Shown piece by piece: positions 12,398 through 23,988 of a DNA stretch of 64,000 nt. Origin of the DNA: Oikopleura dioica (taxonomy: Eukaryota > Animalia > Chordata); NCBI GenBank assembly GCA_907165135.1, contig OU015566.1, forward strand, positions 2,790,001 through 2,854,000. The letters run 5' to 3'. The position numbers and the translations under genes are program-made. The notes under the pieces were generated by a model. That model saw only the letters and a list, made by a program, of their open reading frames with translations, did no database searches and had not been told where the DNA came from. How positions within the stretch are numbered: the stretch's first letter is position 1; every line of letters begins with the position of its first letter.

Positions 12398-13368
12398 TTC
12401 TTCTTCTTCTTCTTCTTCTTCTTCTTCTTCTTCTTCTTCTTCTTCTTCTTCTTCTTCTTCTTCTTCTTCTTCTTCTTCTTCTTCTTCTTCTTCTTCTTCT
12501 TCTTCTTCTTCTTCTTCTTCTTCTTCTTCTTCTTCTTCTTCTTCTTCTTCTTCTTCTTCTTCTTCTTCTTCTTCTTCTTCTTCTTCTTCTTCTTCTTCCT
12601 CCTCTTCATCATCTTCATCATCTTCATCATCTTCATCATCTTATTCATCCTATTCGGAGTACGATTTTCCGGATGCCACGGAAGACGGGTAAAATCACCT
12701 CAAAAATAATTCTTTCAAGTTTTTTCCAGCATGGCTGATCCTTGGCTCATCGAAGGGGCCAATTTAACCATAACATTCCTTACGGATGGGTCTGTCACAT
12801 ATCCCGGCTTCTCCATCGATGTCACTCCAGGAAAACAGCTAAAAAAAGCAAAAAATTGAAATTAAAAAGAAAACTTCTTTTGAATTTTAAAAGTTTTGAA
12901 CCAAACTTGCGTTGGAGATCTTCTCCCAAAGGAGTTTGATTACCTTGAATTCGTTCTTGACGATGCCGTATCCGATCATAAGAGTGACGACTTGAAGAAC
13001 TTCTACAAAATCAAACAACGACTTGGCTGGTTCAGTGACTATGTTGACGCTCCTTGCGCTAACCCCGCCGGTGCTGGTCCAGGAAGGGGTTTTTGATTTT
13101 ATTTTTGGATTTCTCGAAATTCCAGAAATCCGAACCCCTTACCAGGATTTGCACCAGACTTCGTTGAGCCAACCATCGCCATCACCGATCCATGTCTTGC
13201 CGCTGAAACATTCTACAACGCCCTTCTTGGTTACTACGATGACTACGTCTGCCTTGATCGAGTTGAAGAAAGAGGGGTGACGAAAAATTCTGCCCAAAAA
13301 CTTGCAAAAGCGAAAAACTCTTCAACCGAATCTTGAGAAAGACCCCATCTTGCTCACCGATTGTCTAG
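11865..13368 (+). CDS. Secreted CUB-domain / poly-Ser protein, paralog of 10050-10940; two apparent 1-bp homopolymer deletions
   Basis: MKLAGF[F]VTLASA needs +1 T at ~11880. ITSPNYPSDY..CQW (CUB), RKRR, poly-Ser. C-terminus LEFVLDDAVSDH...RILRKTPSCSPIV* needs +1 nt at ~13318. Confidence 0.75.
12375..12596 (+). repeat. (TCT)74 microsatellite in frame as poly-Ser
   Basis: Pure TCT run in the frame of ORF 12102-12692, flanked by TCC/TCA Ser codons. Confidence 0.95.
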
Positions 13369-14921
13369 AAAGCCATCGAAATTCAAAGTTCTTATCATGT
13401 CAAATAAATTGATCAAATGAACTCATCTAGATGTTTAAAGAGAATTTCGGTAATCATCAAGTTATAGTTTTGTGATGTTTTCGAGTGATTAATTAGAAAA
13501 TAGATTTTATTAATGGCCCGGCTCTGTCTTTTATTGATATTTAAAAGCAAGTCCAACGGAAAATAGGTCGATGTTCGCAAATTCTTTATTTTATTTGTGT
13601 CTACTCTTCAAGTGACAAAATGAAAAGGTCGAGTTTTCAAGCAAAAATCACAACGTCTCCACTCATTTGAACGGTTTATTTTCCTCATAATATGAGATGA
13701 ATATATTCTTCATAAATTATTAAAGTCAAAATAGAGGTTTTTTGGGGTCTTTATTTATATTTAATTTTAAAAGAGACGTTTTAAATTAAATTGAGTCAAA
13801 AACGTCTCTTCTTAGAAAAATACGATCAAATGAGTGTTTCAAATTCTCCGTGCGCAGATAAATTTCGCGAAAAATTTATATTTTCCGATATCGGACAGAG
13901 TGAACAGTTCACTCGAGTGAACAGTAAACAGGGGTTTTCGGCGGATTTCGGCCCCGAAAAATGTGTCATGCTTCTTCGTGCTCCCAAGAAAGAAACCTCC
14001 CAAAAGTAGCTCCCAATTTTTCTCCCGAAGATTTCGAATTCTGATTTCTGAGGTTCAAAACGCTTTTTAGACAATACTATTATTAAAAACGCGCCACGAA
14101 AGAAGACCGGAAGAAGCAACCACCACCGAGACGGAAGGTTAAAACCTTCTATGCCCGAACTTGTAATTACCTCGGTTGTCCCACGTTTCCGAGCATTACC
14201 GTGAAACTTTTACGGTTTTAGATTCCCACTCGCAATGGTTTTTGTCGTAATTATGCAAAATGTTCTAGAAACGAAAGAAAGGGTGACATAGTTAGGCTCC
14301 ACGCTTAAAAAACGCTCGATTTTTTAACGCCTGATATTCAGGGTTTTTATTCTTTAGAATAGTTAAACATGTTCCAAGGAACAAAAAATTGTATTATGAC
14401 GAAATTGTCAGGTCACGTGATGACCCTTAAAAATGGCCGAAAAGTGTCAAAAATCGGCCATTTTTGGTTTTTTGATCACATGACCCTCCACAAGCAGTTT
14501 TTTCTTTTTTATATATTTTCTGAAAGAGGATCGAATACTCTTTCGATACATATTGGTCTCGACCCTGCCAATTGATATCTCGACCCTTTTTCGAAGGGTT
14601 GAAAGTATTAAAACACTGTTTTTTTTGGATTTTTTTTTAAAAAAAGCTATATTTATCACATTAGTATGAAACCCGGTTAAACTTTCAATTATCGGCCGGT
14701 TATGGTCGGATTCGGCCGGAGGACCCTCTGGAGGACCCCTGTGGTTGAAAACAAATTGGTGGAAGACTAATTTCATTTACATTTGAATATCTTTACTCTT
14801 ATCTTGAAAATTGGCCTTTTAGGGTCAGTTGTGACCGGAGGACCTCGTGGAGGACCTCCCTGGTTGAAAACAAATTGATGGAAGACCAATAAATAAAATC
14901 TTTTTTGAAAGTTTATTCAGT

Positions 14922-17404
14922 TTATTCATTCGGGATGATACAGGAGTCTGCAGCTACACAATTCAGAATATCTAATTTCGGACGCTTGTAATAGCAATGA
15001 TCCAGTCTATCAGCATATCCACAATCATAAGCGTTTTTTATAAAAGGTGAGACAATGTAAGAATTTCCAAAAACAAGCAATGTTGATTGACTGTCGAAAA
15101 ACTTTTCTTCAGTTGGTACTCTAACAGATTTCGAGAATGACAATAAAGGCATAGGATAGCATGGCCAACTCTGACAAGGTTCATCTTCATGAAAAACATT
15201 TTTTTGAATTTCCAATGCCAAAAATAGTTCCCCAACTTTGTTGTTTCGCTCAATCACAATTGTCGCATATTTATTGTATAAATAAACTGACGATGGATAT
15301 GACAAAGAAATTCCTGTTTTCTTTCCGTGATTGTTGATCCAAAACAGAACAATTTCAAAATCCATATTTGCCTTTCTGAAAACAATCTCGTATTTTTGAA
15401 TTTCACTATCATTTTCCCGATCTTTATTGTATGATAGGCTCAATATTTTTTGTCCGTTTTCATCTTTGGGCTCATCTATTAAAATCTTTATAAATACGAT
15501 TTTTATTTTTCTTACCAAGAAAAACAAGAAGTGATATCAATTTGAGATTCCGAAGATCAACAAATAAATTTTCCTCACCAAACCAGCGATTCCAGCTTCT
15601 CCTTGATATTCTTCTTCATGTCTTATCGGAATAGTATAAATATAAGGTGGATGCTTTGTCTCGTCAGTAATTTTGCAACGTAAATTTGATTTCAATCGAC
15701 TTTTCGGATTCTCATAGTCAATTGACACGATGATTTCTTCTCCACGAAAGGAAAATTTGTTAAGAGTTACAGTATTTGAAATAGATGAAGGTTCTTCAAT
15801 GGAAGTATCATGAAGTTTACCAATTTTCAATCTTTAAATCGGTTGATAAAAATCATCCTTTTATAAGCATACCTAAATTCATTTGTTTTGATATATCGTG
15901 AAGGCTCTAACAGGTTATCAACGTGAACAGCTTCGCTATTGAATTCGTGTTGGAATTGAATCTTTCCAGTTATTAAACCAGCTGAGAGTATTCCGTAATA
16001 TCGTCGTATTTCCAATCTCATTGAATCGCCAATAATATAGCCACTTGTTTCCAATTGAATCGAAAATATTTTGGAATCTTTCTGCGGTGAATAATAAATC
16101 CAAACTTTTGAATTTTCCATTTTCGCCCCGAGCCTGGCTTTTCCAGTTTCCTCCCTATCAAAACACATCTATTTGAAAATATGGATAGACTTCGGAATAG
16201 GGAGGCAACCGGAAACTCCACTGTAAGTCGAACGATGTTGACCCCTTGGATCCTTTTCATCGGAATATGTGTCTTTATCGGGTTGAACTAAAGTGAATAA
16301 GTCTTTGCAAAGAAGATTCACTGTATCTTTTGGATGTTCTGATTCGCCAATTGTTTGAACCGGATTCGTGCCAGGGGCATTAACTGTATTATCAGGGCTT
16401 TCGTTACTGATTGTTTCATCCTGGTTATCAATATTGATTGTTTCATCACCATTCTGGGCAGGGTTGGATATTTTGATTTAAACTCCTCATTTCAACCCCA
16501 TTCGGCCATCCTGATTGGTTGAGAACAGAAATTTCAGGGTTTGAAATGAGGTTTAAAATCAAAATATCCACCCCTGATTCTGGGTAATGTCAAGATCGGA
16601 ATCAATATCATCTTCAGTGGTGATGTCGATCTTTTGAGAACAAGTTGGTGTAATAGTAAGCTGGCCACAATCAGAACCGTCAATTTGATTGCTTGTAAAT
16701 TCAATCGCGGCTTTTAATTGCACATGGAAGATAATCGGATGCAGAAGGATGGTTGCAGTTGGCCGTTATTGAATAAGAACGTGAATCAGGACAGGAGACT
16801 TAAATTTTGCATTTTCAGGATTCTTATTAAATATGATACCCGAAACAGAAGCGCCACCATTACTTCCGTCAACAAATTCCATAATACAGGATCTTTTTCT
16901 GTTTTCTCGCTTTCGGATTACCCCGAAATAAGTTGGCTCAGATTTGTGAACAGTACCAGCTTTTTTCAAGAGCCTCAGAGCGTAGGTTTTGATGAAAGCA
17001 AATTTTTCAGATGTCCAACGATCGCCTTCTCGAAGGACGCATGTATTGCGTTCACTTTCGGACCAAATTTTATTTGTTCTTGTATTTTTCTCTATCCATT
17101 CGACGATATCATCAATATATTTTTTCGTTAATCTGTCCCAGCTCCGTAACTTGCTCTTTCCCATCCCTGGATTAGCATAATAAAATTCTTTGAGTTCATC
17201 AGTTCCGGGTCCATCGTAAACACGTATAAGAGTGTTTAATAAAATGCCAAAACAGGGCAAATCTTCTTGGGCTTTTGATTTTCGATTCAAAAAATAAAGC
17301 AAAAACAAAAGCACTCTCATTTTCTCTTTAGGCTTGTAAGTGAGCTTTCTCAGTCTTTTCTCTATGCGCCACGCCGGCACCACTCCCCTCACGTACAGGG
17401 TCAC
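14922..17404 (-). pseudogene. Decayed ~800-codon, apparently intronless cargo ORF of unknown function
   Basis: ORFs 16766-17404, 15827-16168, 15537-15830 and 14922-15527 join through in-frame stops (16766, 16169), two frameshifts and a MITE insertion. Possible signal peptide MRVLLFLLYFL. Confidence 0.6.
16459..16576. mobile_element. 118-bp hAT-type MITE inside the cargo ORF
   Basis: cagggttggatattttgattt... / ...aaaatcaaaatatccacccctg. 8-bp TSD attctggg at 16451-16458 and 16577-16584. Confidence 0.85.
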
Positions 17405-18215
17405 GTTCAGTTTGAAGTGTAAATGATTCTTTTCGGAAATTTTTTTTTCTTATTTCACCATATCTTCCAAGAGTTTGTTTTCAAGCAAATATTCTCCGGA
17501 AGTCCTCTTTTAAGATGGCCAATAAGAATCGAGTTCTTGCTCATTTTTGCCAAATAAAAGAATAATTTTAATATTCTTCCAGCAAGTTGTCTTCCACCCA
17601 CGGGGTCCTCCAAGGGGTCCTCCGGCCATAACCGACCAAAAGTGGCCAACTTACAAAAAGAAATATGTTGTTTTATTAAAAAAGCCCCAATATTGTTTTT
17701 CATTTAAAACGTCACCAAAAACGCTGTTTTTAAACTTTCAACCCTTCAAAAAAGGGTTGAGATATCAATTGGCAGGGTCGAGACCTATATGTTTTGAAAG
17801 AGAATTCGATGCTCTTTCAGAAAATATATAAAGATCGAAAATAACTTGCTGTGGAGGGGGTCATGTGACAAAAAAACTAAAAATGGCCGATTTTTGACAC
17901 TTTAGGGCCAATTTTAACCCAATTCCCATCGAGATGAGATGTTCACGTAATGGAACAAAATGTTCCTTATAGTCATACAATTAATAATTAAGGGTCAAAA
18001 CACGTGATATCACGTGTTTTTTCGACCCGATTTTTTAAGCGTGGAGCCTAGACATAGTTCAAAACATTCGATTTCAAATAATCGCATCACCTCATTTTCT
18101 ATAATATTTGCACTTCGAACAGACGAGCTTGAAAAGCAAACTAAACGCCTTAGCCTTTGGGCTTTTATTTTTTTGGGTACTTTTTCGAAACAAAAAAAAG
18201 ACCAGGAAAGAAGAA

Positions 18216-21200
18216 ATGCCGGAAATGATAAGAGACAGAGTAAATGAAGTTCTGGAGGAGAATGACTCATCAAGGAACTGTTCGAAAAAGGTTGAAGAAA
18301 GTGATTTTTCGATTTTTTTTTTCAAGAATTTTCGACGAAATTCATGATTTTTCGATACATAATTTTTGACTCATAAATAATCTAAAAATCATAAAAAACT
18401 ATTGGTATTTTATCTTCATGTCCTCTTTTTCAATTTTTCGATCCGAAAATTCGAAAATTTTTCGAACGTCAAAAAGCGTTATCCTGTCAACAGCCCTATC
18501 TTCCTACGCTATCTGGAAGCTGTACACCTGGGTCTATCACCACGAGCTATCCCTGTCGCAAAGATTGAGACTTGGTTTCTTCGAGTTTGTCAAATCGCTG
18601 CCGATCATCAGCGGAAAAGTGAAAGAACAGGTCGACGCGGAGAAAGCTGAGATGGCTAAGAACCTCACCACCGCCGCTGACAAGTGGATCAGGATTGATT
18701 AGAGACGAATCGTGTTTGTCGTTGCATAACTTCCAATTTCAAGGAGCTTTTCTCTATTTTAAGTGTCTTAGATACCACCTAGCCAATAGATTTCGATTTA
18801 CTAATATCAGGATTTACCCACGTTCATTTTTCGTCTTATCTTATCGCTCGGCGGGGGGCGTCAATAAGCTTAATTTTCCGCTGATAAAAAAGTATTTGTC
18901 GAGGGCAGCACTTTTCAAATCGGATATTCTTAGAGCCGAAAAATTCGTCTAAAAATCAAAAAAGTCAAATTCCAGCTGACGAAATGAAGGACGAAGACCT
19001 CATCAAACTGATGAAAGAATACATCGATTACGACAAAATCGACTGGCGAGGCGGCCGTCTTTCCGGCACCACTTTCGAGAGCAACGCCGAAATCACGAAA
19101 TTATGCGCCCTGATCTACCCCCAGTTCATGCTGCAGAATCCACTCCACGCAGATTTACATAAAGGACTTCGGAAAATTGAGGCTGAAGCGCTTTCCCAAG
19201 TTTTGAATTTGTACAACGCCCCGAAAACCGGCTGTGCGCTGATGACTGGAGGCGGAAGTGAGAGGTAAGAAACAGTAAGGGAGTCGAAATTCTAAGTCTG
19301 AAATTCTAGCCTCGGTTTGGCAGTTCTCGCCGCTCGAAATCGCGCCCATTCGCGCGGAATCCGCTGGCCCGAAGTGATCATGTGTCGAACCGCTCACTCA
19401 AGCATTGACAAAGCCTGTCACTATTTCAGAATAAAGCTGATCAAGGTTAGACGCGACCTTCGAACCAGCTCACATTATTTTCTGAAAGGTTGATTATGAC
19501 TACTCGAGTTGGACAGCAAATGTGAAGCAAATGGCGGCGCAAATTAACCGCAACACATGTCTCATCATCGCCAGCGCGCCGGATTATCCACACGGGCTTA
19601 TCGACGATATCCAAGCTATCTCCACGTGTAAGTACTGCTATTCCAGTGAAATTTTGAGTTTTGAAATCTTTTCAAAAATCTCTTCATTTCACAAATCGGA
19701 AATTTTCGACCAATCAGATTTGCGTATTTTATCGGTTGTCCAATCAGATTTGAGATTCTTTTTCTGAATTTCACAGCCCAATAGAAAAGCTCCCTGTCAA
19801 TTGAACAGATCATTAATAGAAATATTGAGTATTTTCGGAAAAAGCAGAATTGTGTTTTCGTCCAACTCAATAATCAAATCCAGTTGTCCTCACTTATAAA
19901 ACTAAGTGGATAGTTGCCAAAATAACTAATCAACTCAATAATTCCATTTTCGACCCTTAGTAATGGGATCTCTTTTTCACCAAAGCAAGACTTTTGTTTT
20001 GATTATAAATTGCAGGAAAATTGCTTCTACGTGGCTTATCACTATCGTTAAGCCAATCTCTTCACCTTGATTTTCTCCTTTGGTTACACTCTGATTTCTT
20101 GAGCTCGAGAATTCAGCGGTCTTTATAGAAAAATGGCAATTGGTATGAGCATGAAAATTGCTAATATTTACTTCGAAATAGCTCAATTCTCAATTAAACC
20201 CCTTCTTGCGGTCTTGTTTTTTGGTGTTTTTGGGTAAAGAAAATATTACGGAATTTATTTGATAATTGCATGTTGGAATTTTGTTTAATCGTCAGTCAGA
20301 CCTACCAAATACGTAGAAAAAGGACACATGTGTTTTTTTTTAAATTTTATTAAAAAATGTCTATTGAAATTTCAAATTGCATCATTTCTAGAATAATGAT
20401 GACAACGGTTCAGTTTGCTGCAGATGGAAAAAAAATTATGGGTTGTTAGCTTCCCAAGCGGCCAAAAAGGCGGCCTTGTTGAAGGATCGCGATCTCAATC
20501 CGAGCCTCTGGGACTCTTCCTTTGATTTCTTCTTGGCATCTCTGAGCGCGCCCTTCTTTTTCTGTTTTCTGTCCTTCTTCTTCTGCTTGTCGGCCTTCTT
20601 CGAGTCCTTGTCTTTTTGCTTCTTGTCCTTTTTCACCTTCTTGTCTTCCTTTTTCTTATTTTTCTTCTCGTCCTTATCTTTCTTATCGGCCTTTTTCTTG
20701 TCTTTTTTGTTTTCTGGAAATTATTTTTTGATTTTATTTTCAAAAATTATTTTTTACCTCGGTCCTTTTTCTTTTGGTCTTTTTCGGCCTTTTTGCCCTC
20801 CTTTTTGTCTTCTTTTTCGGCCTTCTTTTTATCCCTTTTGCCCTTCTTGTCCTTCTTGTCATTCTTGGCAGGCTTGTCTTCCTTGGTTGGTCGTTTTCCT
20901 CGCTCTTCTGAGTCGTCCATGGAGCCCATAGTTCGCTCGATCGCGTAGACTTTTTCGTAGACGGGTTCATCTAAAGTTAGCCCTTTAGTTTCCCGAGGAA
21001 GGACAAGGTCTTACGGTAAATTGGTTCAGGAACAGGTTCCTCTTCTCTCCTAGTTCTAGCGAGCTGGAGAGCGCTAGAAGCAGCAACAAAGATCGTCAAT
21101 CCGGAAAAAAGTCTCATCTTATCGATTTGATTTTTGAGTCTGGACGAAATTCAGTGGGATAAGTTTATATAGGAACAATAACGATTGAACGTAAACAAAT

Positions 21201-22735
21201 AAAGATGCGTTGGGCAGCTTGCCACGTATTTTATTCTGAGTCGGAAAAATGTATAAAGAAAATCGGTCAGCCAAGACGTAAATTTGCGGCTTCTCGAGAA
21301 AATTCGAGTTTCCAAACTTTCTATAATTTTGCGCAATGAACATCAGAAAATGGCTAATTCAGTGGCCAAGAAAAACAACATTCCTTGTCACGTGGACGCC
21401 TGCATGGGTGGATTCCTCCTCCCTTTCGCCGAGGAAGCTGGTTTCCCGCTCCCTCTGTTCGACTTCCGGTAAATATTATCATAACAATGACAACCGAAAA
21501 TTGAATTTCTAGCCTCCCTGGCGTCACTTCTATTTCTGCCGACATTCACAAATATGGCTGCTCTCCCAAAGGAACAGCTCGATAATTCATCTTCTTATTC
21601 ATTAATTGGTAGTTGATCGCTTCCTTCGAACTCGGTAAAAAGGCGCCTCAGTACTGATGTTCCGAAATCGGGAGCTGCGCTCGCACGCGATTTACACGTG
21701 CACAGATTGGTGCGGCGGAGTCTACGCTACTCCCACTTATCAAGGAGCGGTTCGGAAATAAAAATATTTTTATTTGTCGTTACGAGCATTTTTATCAGGT
21801 TTTAATTATATTGAACTCTGATAAAGCAGAAGCATAATTTATGAGTCATGATTATGAGTCATAAAATATGAGTTATATTTTATGACTCATGAATAAATTA
21901 TGAGTCATTATTTTTGAACCTGGAAAATCTAATTATTTTAATAAAAAAAAATAATTTCAATTTTTGCGAACGAAAAATTTCCAATCCGTCAAAGGCTCCC
22001 GCTCAGGAGGCAATATTGCCTGCGCCTGGGGCGTGATGAACCTCTTGGGAAGAGAAGGATACGTCGAGCGAGCGAAGAGAGTGATCGGATCCGCGCATAA
22101 ATTGCGCGACGCTGCGCGAAATATTCACGGCATCGAGGTTGTCGGAAACCCTCAGGAACATGCTGACACTTTGTCGCGCTAGAATCTTATTTTAGAAAGT
22201 AACGAGTTGTGGAAGCATGGATTAAGCTCTGCATCGTGGCTTTTACGTCGAAATCATTTGATATTTATGCGATTTTGTCTAAAATGCGCGAAAAAGGATG
22301 GACAATGGGAGGAATGCAATTCCCGCCAGCCGTGCATTTTGATATTACTCCTCTGCCAGGGATCTTAAAGCGGAATGAATTGCTCCTACGTGGAACAAAA
22401 ATAGAGATCCTCGATAAAAGAACACGCAGCCGGGAGTAATGGACCAGTTCATTTCCGACCTGCGCGAAGTAGTTTCCGTCCTGGTCGGTCTCGGCGGCGC
22501 CGCAGCCGCAGAAGGAGCTGCCGCAATTTATGGAAAGGCTGCGGTAAGCGCAAATGATTGATAACAATTTTTTCTCTCAATCGCCGGATTTGGACGTTGG
22601 GGGAACATCATGTCGCGGGGTACATCAACTCTCACGTGTTCTTTCTTTTAGGCTATTCCTGATCGATCGATTGTTGGAGAACTGGCCTCGTTTTTTGTCG
22701 AGAATAATTTGACTATTCCAAAATCTCATCAGTGA
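18216..22735 (+). CDS. SGPL1: Sphingosine-1-phosphate lyase (PLP-dependent), multi-exon; start tentative
   Basis: [85 protein letters not shown]. Confidence 0.92.
20436..21117 (-). CDS. Secreted Lys/Asp-rich low-complexity protein (~197 aa) nested antisense in an SGPL1 intron
   Basis: Exons 21117-21015, 20970-20758 and 20713-20436 with two 44-nt GT-AG introns give one frame. Signal peptide [16 protein letters not shown]; KDKK-type repeats. Confidence 0.8.
21841..21908. promoter_or_regulatory. Cluster of AP-1-like ATGA(G/C)TCAT motifs
   Basis: Copies at 21841, 21854, 21882 and 21900, plus a variant at 21868. Confidence 0.4.
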
Positions 22736-22755
22736 ATAAATGACTGTTTATTTAA

Positions 22756-23456
22756 GGGGGAGTATCACGGATTTGGAAAAGTCGGAATTTTGATAATATC
22801 TCTTTGGATTTTTAAAGCTCTGGTCTTGACTAACAAAAAAAATATGTATCACTTTTTTTGATTTCTTCGAAAAGTCCGTCAAAAACGACATTGAAAGTTG
22901 CCTAGCCGCGCCTATTGATATTCATCTGCGACGCTGTGGGTGTCGAAATTGTGTTCAGAATACTTTGTTTTTAAAATTTTTTGTAAAATTTACATTTTTA
23001 TGGGTTTTTAATGAATATTCTCACATAAAAACAGCAAGATATCTTCATTTTAGCAGCTTTCAATACTAATTGAATTCATGAAAATCTTCAAATTTGGAAT
23101 CATTTTTTCAAAAAAATTTTCGGTAAGAATTTTTTGGGTACACAAAATTTCCTCCAAAACAGCATTAGATAAGGGAATGATCTTCCTAAATCCACTGAGA
23201 ATTCCATGATCAGACTTAATTTTCTTAAGAAAATTTTTGTTCTGCGAGAGGCTAAAATCGCGACTTTTCAAAAACGGGTTTGACTCTTGGCTCTCTTCTG
23301 CGATACTCGATTGAGTTAATTGAAATTAAAAAAAACAGCACTAGATATTGGGCATATCTATCTACCACAGGCGGAATTTTAGCGTAAGCTAAGCTCACGT
23401 AGAAATGAGAGCTGATCTCCGACCCCCCTTTAGCCCAAAATCCGTGATACTCCCCC
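22756..23456. mobile_element. 701-bp TTAA-flanked MITE with 5'-GG termini (Kolobok-like)
   Basis: ttaa|gggggagtatcacggatttgg ... ccaaaatccgtgatactccccc|ttaa. Confidence 0.85.
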
Positions 23457-23988
23457 TTAATGTTCAAATGTATTTATACAGTTTAGTAGACATGGGGTTG
23501 CTAAAGGGTTCTCTCAGCCAATCAGAGACCAGTATTTTATCTATCAGCCAATCAAAGACGAGCTTTTGCCAAAAGTCTATTGATCAGGTGGTACAGAGTC
23601 GTATCTCATCAGCTGAGAAAAGTTCTTCTTATTTTCTTCAGAAACCATGGTCGTCTCCAGAAACGCTTTGAGATTTTTCGCATTGTTCGCCAAATTTTCA
23701 AATCGTTTTCGGAAAATGTATTTTCTCGTCAGATGAACTCCTTCAATGTAAGCGTTGATAGTATGCGTCATTCGAGAATTGGTAGGGTCTTTTCGTGGCT
23801 TTTCGAATTTCCGTTAAATATACACGTCACGAATCCTATGATTTTCCCGTTACTTTTTTGAGCCGAAAATAAACGTAAAAGTATAATCCCCGAACGCTTC
23901 AAATCCCCTGACGTGTTTTTCTTAAATATTTTTGTGTTGAAATAGCTACGAAAAAATGACCACAATTATTTTTTATTAACGGCCAATT

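Larger units (their letters stand above)
14293..18050. mobile_element. 3.76-kb non-autonomous hAT-type element with long subterminal inverted repeats and a cargo gene
   Basis: TIR taggctccacgcttaaaaaa / ttttttaagcgtggagccta. 8-bp TSD gacatagt at 14285-14292 and 18051-18058. Imperfect IR ~14420-14770 vs ~17585-17915. No transposase motifs seen. Confidence 0.85.

Noticed and set aside
12181-12738. Poly-Leu, poly-Phe and poly-Lys ORFs
   Set aside because: Alternative-frame shadows of the (TCT)n run. Only the Ser frame links to the CUB exon.
14922-17404. hAT transposase
   Set aside because: No BED finger, DDE/RNase H-like or hATC motifs recognised. Treated as cargo.
20443-20948. Plus-strand Phe/Leu/Ser-rich ORFs resembling membrane proteins
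   Set aside because: Antisense shadows of the Lys/Asp-rich minus-strand gene.
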